Source: Macrostomum lignano | Taxonomy: Eukaryota | DNA: 53,517 bases | NCBI GenBank assembly: GCA_002269645.1 | Contig: NIVC01004242.1 | Coordinates: 1 to 53,517 of the forward strand | Direction: 5' to 3' | In this document: positions 45,996 to 53,517 of the stretch, piece after piece | Position numbering within the stretch: position 1 is the first letter of the stretch | Layout: every line of letters starts with the position of its first letter | Program-made: the position numbers and the translations under genes | The notes under the pieces: model-generated | Database searches by the model: none | What the model was told of the DNA's origin: nothing | Seen by the model: only the letters and a program-made list of their open reading frames with translations

Positions 45996-48396
45996 CTCCA
46001 GTGATTAGAGCTCCAGTGACTGGAGCTCCAGTGATTAGAGCTCCAGTGATTAGAGCTCCAGGGATTAGAGCTCCATTGATTAGAGCTCCATTGATTAGAG
46101 CTCCAGTGATTAGAGCTCCAGTGATTAGAGCTCCAGTGATTAGAGCTCCAGTGATTAGAGCTTTAGTGATTAGAGCTCCAGTGATTAGAGCTTTAGTGAT
46201 TAGAGCTCCAGTGATTAGAGCTCCAGTGATTAGAGCTTTAGTGATTAGAGCTCCAGTGATTAGAGTTCCAGTGATTAGAGCTCCAGTGATTAGAGCTCCA
46301 GTGATTAGAGCTCCAGTGATTAGAGCTTTAGTGATTAGAGCTCCAGTGATTAGAGCTTTAGTGATTAGAGCTCCAGTGATTAGAGTTCCAGTGATTAGAG
46401 CTCCAGTGATTAGAGTTCCAGTGATTAGAGCTCCAGTGATTAGAGCTCCAGTGATTAGAGCTCCAGTGATTAGAGCTTTAGTGATTAGAGCTCCAGTGAT
46501 TAGAGTTCCAGTGATTAGAGCTCCAGTGATTAGAGTTCCATTGATTAGAGCTCCATTGATTAGAGCTCCAGTGATTAGAGCTCCATTGATTAGAGCTCCA
46601 GTGATTAGAGCTCCAGTGATTAGAGCTTTAGTGATTAGAGCTCCAGTGATTAGAGCTTTAGTGATTAGAGCTCCAGTGACTGGAGCTCCAGTGATTAGAG
46701 CTCCAGTGATTAGAGTTCCAGTGATTAGAGCTCCAGTGATTAGAGTTCCAGTGATTAGAGCTCCAGTGATTAGAGCTCCAGTGATTAGAGCTTTAGTGAT
46801 TAGAGCTCCAGTGATTAGAGCTTTAGTGATTAGAGCTCCAGTGATTAGAGCTCCAGTGATTAGAGTTCCAGTGATTAGAGCTCCAGTGATTAGAGCTCCA
46901 GTGATTAGAGCTTTAGTGATTAGAGCTCCAGTGATTAGAGCTCCAGTGATTAGAGCTTTAGTGATTAGAGCTCCAGTGATTAGAGCTCCAGTGATTAGAG
47001 CTCCAGTGATTAGAGCTCCAGTGATTAGAGCTCCAGTGATTAGAGCTTTAGTGATTAGAGCTCCAGTGATTAGAGCTCCAGTGATTAGAGCTCCAGTGAT
47101 TAGAGCTCCAGTGATTAGAGCTCCAGTGATTTGAGCTCCAGTAATTAGAATTCCAGTGATTAGAGCTCCAGTGATTAGAGTTCCAGTGATTAGAGCTCCA
47201 GTGATTAGAGCTCCAGTGATTAGAGCTCCAGTGATTAGAGCTCCAGTGATTAGAGCTCCAGTGATTAGAGCTTTAGTGATTAGAGCTCCAGTGATTAGAG
47301 CTTTAGTGATTAGAGCTCCAGTGATTAGAGTTCCATTGATTAGAGCTCCATTGATTAGAGCTCCAGTGATTAGAGCTCCAGTGATTAGAGCTCCAGTGAT
47401 TAGAGCTCCAGTGATTAGAGCTTTAGTGATTAGAGCTCCAGTGATTAGAGCTTTAGTGATTAGAGCTCCAGTGATTAGAGTTCCAGTGATTAGAGCTCCA
47501 GTGATTAGAGTTCCAGTGATTAGAGCTCCAGTGATTAGAGTTCCAGTGATTAGAGCTCCAGTGATTAGAGCTCCAGTGATTAGAGTTCCAGTGATTAGAG
47601 CTCCAGTGATTAGAGCTCCAGTGATTAGAGCTCCATTGATTAGAGCTCCAGTGATTAGAGCTCCAGTGATTAGAGCTTTAGTGATTAGAGCTCCAGTGAT
47701 TAGAGCTTTAGTGATTAGAGCTCCAGTGATTAGAGTTCCATTGATTAGAGCTCCATTGATTAGAGCTCCAGTGATTAGAGCTCCAGTGATTAGAGCTCCA
47801 GTGATTAGAGCTCCAGTGATTAGAGCTTTAGTGATTAGAGCTCCAGTGATTAGAGCTTTAGTGATTAGAGCTCCAGTGATTAGAGTTCCAGTGATTAGAG
47901 CTCCAGTGATTAGAGTTCCAGTGATTAGAGCTCCAGTGATTAGAGTTCCAGTGATTAGAGCTCCAGTGATTAGAGCTCCAGTGATTAGAGCTTTAGTGAT
48001 TAGAGCTCCAGTGATTAGAGCTTTAGTGATTAGAGCTCCAGTGATTAGAGCTCCAGTGATTAGAGTTCCAGTGATTAGAGCTCCAGTGATTAGAGCTCCA
48101 GTGATTAGAGCTTTAGTGATTAGAGCTCCAGTGATTAGAGCTCCAGTGATTAGAGCTTTAGTGATTAGAGCTCCAGTGATTAGAGCTCCAGTGATTAGAG
48201 CTCCAGTGATTAGAGCTTCAGTGATTAGAGCTCCAGTGATTAGAGCTCCAGTGATTAGAGCTCCAGTGATTAGAGCTCCAGTGATTAGAGCTCCAGTGAT
48301 TTGAGCTCCAGTAATTAGAATTCCAGTGATTAGAGCTCCAGTGATTTGAGCTCCAGTAATTAGAATTCCAGTGATTAGAGCTCCAGTGATTAGAGC
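45996..48396. repeat. 15-bp satellite (CCAGTGATTAGAGCT)n, ~160 units
   Basis: Direct reading; variant units (GTTCCA, GCTTTA, CCATTG) and an internal ~1.17 kb duplication marked by GATTTGAGCTCCAGTAATTAGAATTCCA. Confidence 0.98.
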
Positions 48397-48686
48397 GTCG
48401 GACTCTCACGACTGAAAGGTCGGGGGTTCGATTCGTGATCCCACGGGAACAATTTGTGTCCTTGAGCAAGACACTTAACTCTGCATTGCTTCAGTTCAAC
48501 CAGGTATAAAATGGGTTCCAGCATTAGCTGGGGCAATTGAGGGTGTGTGGCGACCCCCCCCCCCCTAGTCCTTGGACTGAACAGCCGTACGCAGCCTTCA
48601 GATGCGCCGCGCAATGGCTGCGGCTGAGCTGTCGGTTGCACACCTGGCCCTATTGGACTTGGCAGGTGCAATGTAGTCAATTAATT
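48383..48686 (+). mobile_element. tRNA-derived CORE-type SINE, copy 4, 5' head fused to the 15-bp satellite
   Basis: GAGCGTCGGACTCTCACGACTGAAAGGTCGGGGGTTCGATTC onward matches copies 2 and 3. Confidence 0.9.
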
Positions 48687-50529
48687 AGTTATTGCCTTGC
48701 AACAAGATTATTGATTTGCTCTAACTGGGGGAGTTATGTTCCCACATAAATGTACATCTTGGGTTGCAAGCGGTCAATAATTCATGTACATCGTCGTAGC
48801 ATTCACTTTTACAACCTCAAATATATAAATCGCACCACGTTTTTTCGCTCAGCTAAAACCACCATCTTCAGACTTTACAGTTGGCGTCGCAAGCACACTT
48901 AGGCCTGTGCGTCTGTGCGTTCAGTGAACCGGAGAGCCAGTGGACTTCCTGGTACTCCCGACTCAAATCAGCGGCCGAATGCTCAAGTTCTCAACACTCA
49001 AGGACTTCTTAATCAGAGATCAAATAGTGGAGGCACGCTGCTCCCATAAAACTTGGTGAAGATTGCCGCAGGAGTCTAAAATCTCTCAGTGAACCGCATG
49101 ATTTAATTTTCACGCAATCAAAAGCTTCAGAGACCAACGCGCTCTGAACCCAGCTGTTTTTAAGTTCTCTTTAAAAAAGCATGCATCTGCAATCCAGAGC
49201 CAACGAAAAATGTCAACCATCTGCGAAGTCAAGAACTTTCACCAAGTGTTCGAAGCTTCAAAAAATTCTAACAAGGGAAAAGTTATTGGCTTCCAGATGA
49301 ACAGCTTCAGGCTTCAGCTGACAGCTGCTACCACAGGGACATCCTGGTCAAAACCTTTAGTTCGGCGTTTTACTTCCAGGCCAGCCAGCCCGAAGCAATA
49401 TTCTACGACTCGTACACAGAATAGTGTAATGCTTTCAGCATAGGACTTTCGGCTTTTCTCGGGAAGCTCGACAAATGCCGGGTATCCGTGTCTGTCTGGG
49501 ATGAACTATCCCTGTCGCTCTTCTTCCGTTATTATGCCTGGTCGTAATTTCTTTACCTAAGCAATTAGAGTGAAAGACAGGGTTCCCTACCGCGGGATGG
49601 AAAGAGAGACGGAGGCGTGAATCCGAAGCCTTCGTCAGGCCGGAGTCAGAAGGACGGTTTCTCTTCATCAGCCCCCCCCCCCCCGATGCAGTGCAAGTTC
49701 CTCAACTCTGGCCACGATCAGTCAGTTCCCCTTCATAATTCTCTCTGCCTACTTTTTTCTCCCGGCTCCCTTTGAACAAAAAGCATCCAGTCTCTGCGCC
49801 ACTCCCCTAGGACTTCGCTTTCGTGTCTCGCCATCCTCCCAGCCCTTCACAGCGCTCTTTTGCGACTGACTGATTGAATATAATAGGGCCCGGGCCGCGG
49901 CACTCCGCACAGTGCTTATGGCGCCAACTGGGATTGCCCCGAAAAAAGTTTGCGATGCAGATGCGGAGCTCTCTGGACAAAGTAGAGGCCCGCTAATCTC
50001 TCTCTCTCTCATGTGGGGAGTTGTGTTGACCCAGTGAGCCGCGCTCTCAGCACTCTGTGTCCATCTATCTTTCTCTCTCTCTCCACTTAACCTAGGACTC
50101 CCACCGGCGGTCCATGTCGGCGAAGGCAAGACTTGGAGCGGTTAGGACGCGCTTCCCATTCCCCCCCCATTTTTTCATAGAAATCGGCCGCTCGTCCTAT
50201 TCACCGAAGCAAAGCGCTCCACCCCACTGGTCGGTCGTTGCTTTGATTCCGAAGTCAGTCCCGCATTGCGGACTTGCAGGTCTAGTCGCGATCTGGAGCC
50301 ACTTGGTCGGATTCGACGCAGTTTAATTAAGAGAAATTATCTAAAAATAAATTTGGAGGGCCAAGTTAATGCCTAACTTCCCTACACTAAGCCTGTAAAT
50401 TGTAGACTAAAGCTGCCTGACTGAAGATCCATTGTTCAGAAAGTACATGTGCACTAATTGTAAATCGTATGGTTGTCATAGCATTGTCAAAAGGACTATC
50501 ATAATTTTAACTTATACGAACTTTACGAC

Positions 50530-51986
50530 TGATTGAGATAAAAGCGGATGAACCAGAACTGACTGACTGAGATAAAAGCGGATGGACCAGAACTGACTGA
50601 GATAAAAGCGGATGAACCAGAACTGACTGAGATAAAAGCGGATGGACCAGAACTGACTGAGATAAAAGCTGATGGACCAGAACTGACTGAGATAAAAGCG
50701 GGTGGACCAGAACTGACTGAGATAAAAGCGGGTGGACCAGAACTGACTGAGATAAAAGCGGATGGACCAGAACTGACTGAGATAAAAGCGGATGGACCAG
50801 AACTGACTGAGATAAAAGCGGGTGGACCAGAACTGACTGAGATAAAAGCGGATGGACCAGAACTGACTGAGATAAAAGCGGATGGACCAGAACTGACTGA
50901 GATAAAAGCGGATGGACCAGAACTGACTGAGATAAAAGCTGATGGACCAGAACTGACTGAGATAAAAGCGGGTGGACCAGAACTGACTGAGATAAAAGCG
51001 GATGGACCAGAACTGACTGAGATAAAAGCGGATGGACCAGAACTGACTGAGATAAAAGCGGGTGGACCAGAACTGACTGAGATAAAAGCGGATGAACCAG
51101 AACTGACTGAGATAAAAGCGGATGGACCAGAACTGACTGAGATAAAAGCGGATGAACCAGAACTGACTGACTGAGATAAAAGCGGATGAACCAGAATTGA
51201 CTGAGATAAAAGCGGATGGACCAGAATTGACTGAGATAAAAGCGGATGAACCAGAACTGACTGAGATAAAAGCGGATGAACCAGAACTGACTGAGATAAA
51301 AGCGGATGAACCAGAATTGACTGAGATAAAAGCGGATGAACCAGAACTGACTGAGATAAAAGCGGATGGACCAGAACTGACTGAGATAAAAGCGGATGAA
51401 CCAGAACTGACTGACTGAGATAAAAGCGGATGAACCAGAACTGACTGAGATAAAAGCGGATGAACCAGAACTGACTGAGATAAAAGCGGATGAACCAGAA
51501 TTGACTGAGATAAAAGCGGATGAACCAGAACTGACTGAGATAAAAGCGGATGGACCAGAACTGACTGAGATAAAAGCGGATGAACCAGAACTGACTGACT
51601 GAGATAAAAGCGGATGAACCAGAATTGACTGAGATAAAAGCGGATGGACCAGAATTGACTGAGATAAAAGCGGATGAACCAGAACTGACTGAGATAAAAG
51701 CGGATGAACCAGAACTGACTGAGATAAAAGCGGATGAACCAGAATTGACTGAGATAAAAGCGGATGAACCAGAACTGACTGAGATAAAAGCGGATGGACC
51801 AGAACTGACTGAGATAAAAGCGGATGAACCAGAACTGACTGACTGAGATAAAAGCGGATGGACCAGAATTGACTGAGATAAAAGCGGATGGACCAGAATT
51901 GACTGAGATAAAAGCGGATGAACCAGAATTGACTGAGATAAAAGCGGATGGACCAGAATTGACTGAGATAAAAGCGGATGAACCAG
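50530..51986. repeat. 30/34-bp minisatellite (GACTGAGATAAAAGCGGATGAACCAGAACT)n
   Basis: Direct reading. Confidence 0.97.
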
Positions 51987-52896
51987 GCTTGTACGAGCGT
52001 AGAACTCCAATAGGACTGGTAGAATATGTAACATTCGTTATTGGAAAAATATGCTTCGAAACTTAGATCAGAAAGCCCATCTGCATCGGGGGTGACTGTT
52101 CAGTAACAGCACACTTTCTCCTCTCTCTCTCTACGCAGTGCTCTGGGAGATCATTTTTGATAACTCTGCCACCCGGTTCACCCTGCCAAAACCATCGACA
52201 GCCAAACTAGTTGGGTGCTCACTAGTGAGGGGGTAATAGGTGACAGTTGCTGCAGAAGTGTTGTGGGAAAATTCCAACCCGAATCTAGTTCCTCTTCCTG
52301 CTAGTCTGCGTTTTTCTATCCCTTCTTCCCGTTCCTCTTCCATCCTGGCAATTCCCCTCCCAGTGCGCTCGCGGTTCAGACCAGCGACAGTTTCCCAATT
52401 TGCATGAAGCTGGGAGTGGAGGGAGCTGAGGTGGTGGCCGGATTGGCGGCAGCCCCCTTTTGGCTGGCTCTCTCTGCCCTCCCCCGTTACAGCGATCCTG
52501 TATTTTTCCCACGTGGCCCCCTCCCGATGCCTTCCTCTCCTCGATCTTCCGCGGACCCGGCATGGCTACGGCAGTGGCAGCGGCAGGCAGCAGCGGTTTG
52601 GCCAGCTGAAGCCAATTCTTGATTCCTGGGCCCGTATCCCCAGGTTTCTCTGGCCTTTTCGTGTGAGATAGCAGTCCAGTACTAAAGGAATTTACAACTG
52701 GCCAGCGAAAGCGCCAAATACCTCAGCTAACTGGTTCCAGTCTGAATCTTTTGCGTTGCCGTAGGTTGATTCACAGCAGAAGTTCAACAACAGCCATCAG
52801 TATACTGGAAAACAGGGCGAGTAGCTGCGGGATTGGCAGCATCCACGCAGCGAGATGCCCTAGCCTGCTATGGGTGAGTGCGACTGCATTATTCGG

Positions 52897-53445
52897 CTTA
52901 CTGAATGACTTACTGGCTGACTGAATGACTTACTGGCTTGCTGAATGACTTACTGGCTGACTGAATGACCTACTGGCTTGCTGAATGACTTACTGGCTGA
53001 CTGAATGACTTACTGGCTGACTGAATGACTTACTGGCTGACTGAATGACTTACTGGCTGACTGAATGACTTACTGGCTTGCTGAATAACTTACTGGCTGA
53101 CTGAATGACCTACTGGCTGACTGAATGATTTACTGGCTGACTGAATGACTTACTGGCTTGCTGAATAACTTACTGGCTGACTGAATGACTTACTGGCTGA
53201 CTGAATGACTTACTGGCTGACTGAATGACTTACTGGCTTGCTGAATAACTTACTGGCTGACTGAATGACCTACTGGCTGACTGAATGATTTACTGGCTGA
53301 CTGAATGACTTACTGGCTTGCTGATAACTTACTGGCTGACTGAATGACCTACAGGCTTACTATATGACTTACAAGTTTACTATATGACTTACTGGCTTAC
53401 TGAATGACTCATCGGCTTACTAAATGACTTACAGGCTTGCTGAAT
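52897..53445. repeat. 20-bp minisatellite (CTGAATGACTTACTGGCTGA)n
   Basis: Direct reading; degenerates toward the window end. Confidence 0.95.
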
Positions 53446-53517
53446 GGCATGATAGACTACTGGAGAAACACAGTGGTTTGTTTGATGACTTGAGTTTCTG
53501 GCCTACTGGATGACTTG

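Noticed and set aside
46001-48304. Long ORFs of IRAPV repeats (377 and 382 aa)
   Set aside because: A stop-free frame of a 15-bp satellite; no unique coding sequence or splice support.
48700-53000. Short ORFs and a possible donor (ATGG|GTGAGT at ~52873) suggesting another gene start
   Set aside because: No recognisable domain; evidence is limited to one splice-like motif.

Overview
Eukaryotic (invertebrate animal) genomic DNA with spliceosomal GT-AG introns and a very high load of mini- and microsatellites. The repeat and intron style suggests a free-living flatworm such as Macrostomum, but that is inference only. I reconstructed four protein-coding genes by hand, with consistent splice phases. 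(1) A GnRH/AKH-receptor-type class A GPCR on the minus strand (3717-12621): six well-supported exons plus one tentative first exon. (2) An 18-exon type IV diacylglycerol kinase (DGKzeta/iota/rdgA-like) on the minus strand (~20213-35684). (3) An intronless fatty-acid-binding protein gene on the plus strand (32003-32407), nested antisense in a DGK intron. (4) A two-exon EGR/Krox zinc-finger gene on the plus strand (42959-45050), with three CArG boxes and a CRE-like site upstream. Mobile DNA comprises a 5'-truncated LOA/Lian-like non-LTR retrotransposon (APE-RT-RNase H-zinc finger) flanked by an identical 85-87 bp duplication, four copies of a tRNA-headed CORE-type SINE, and two related MITE-like remnants. 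About 20 tandem arrays generate most of the long ORFs in the ORF track, and those ORFs are artefacts. The most unusual observations are a ~2.4 kb 15-bp satellite that appears to have grown from inside the A-box head of a SINE, the very long LINE target-site duplication in a G-rich minisatellite, and the nested FABP. I found no prokaryotic system and no CRISPR array.
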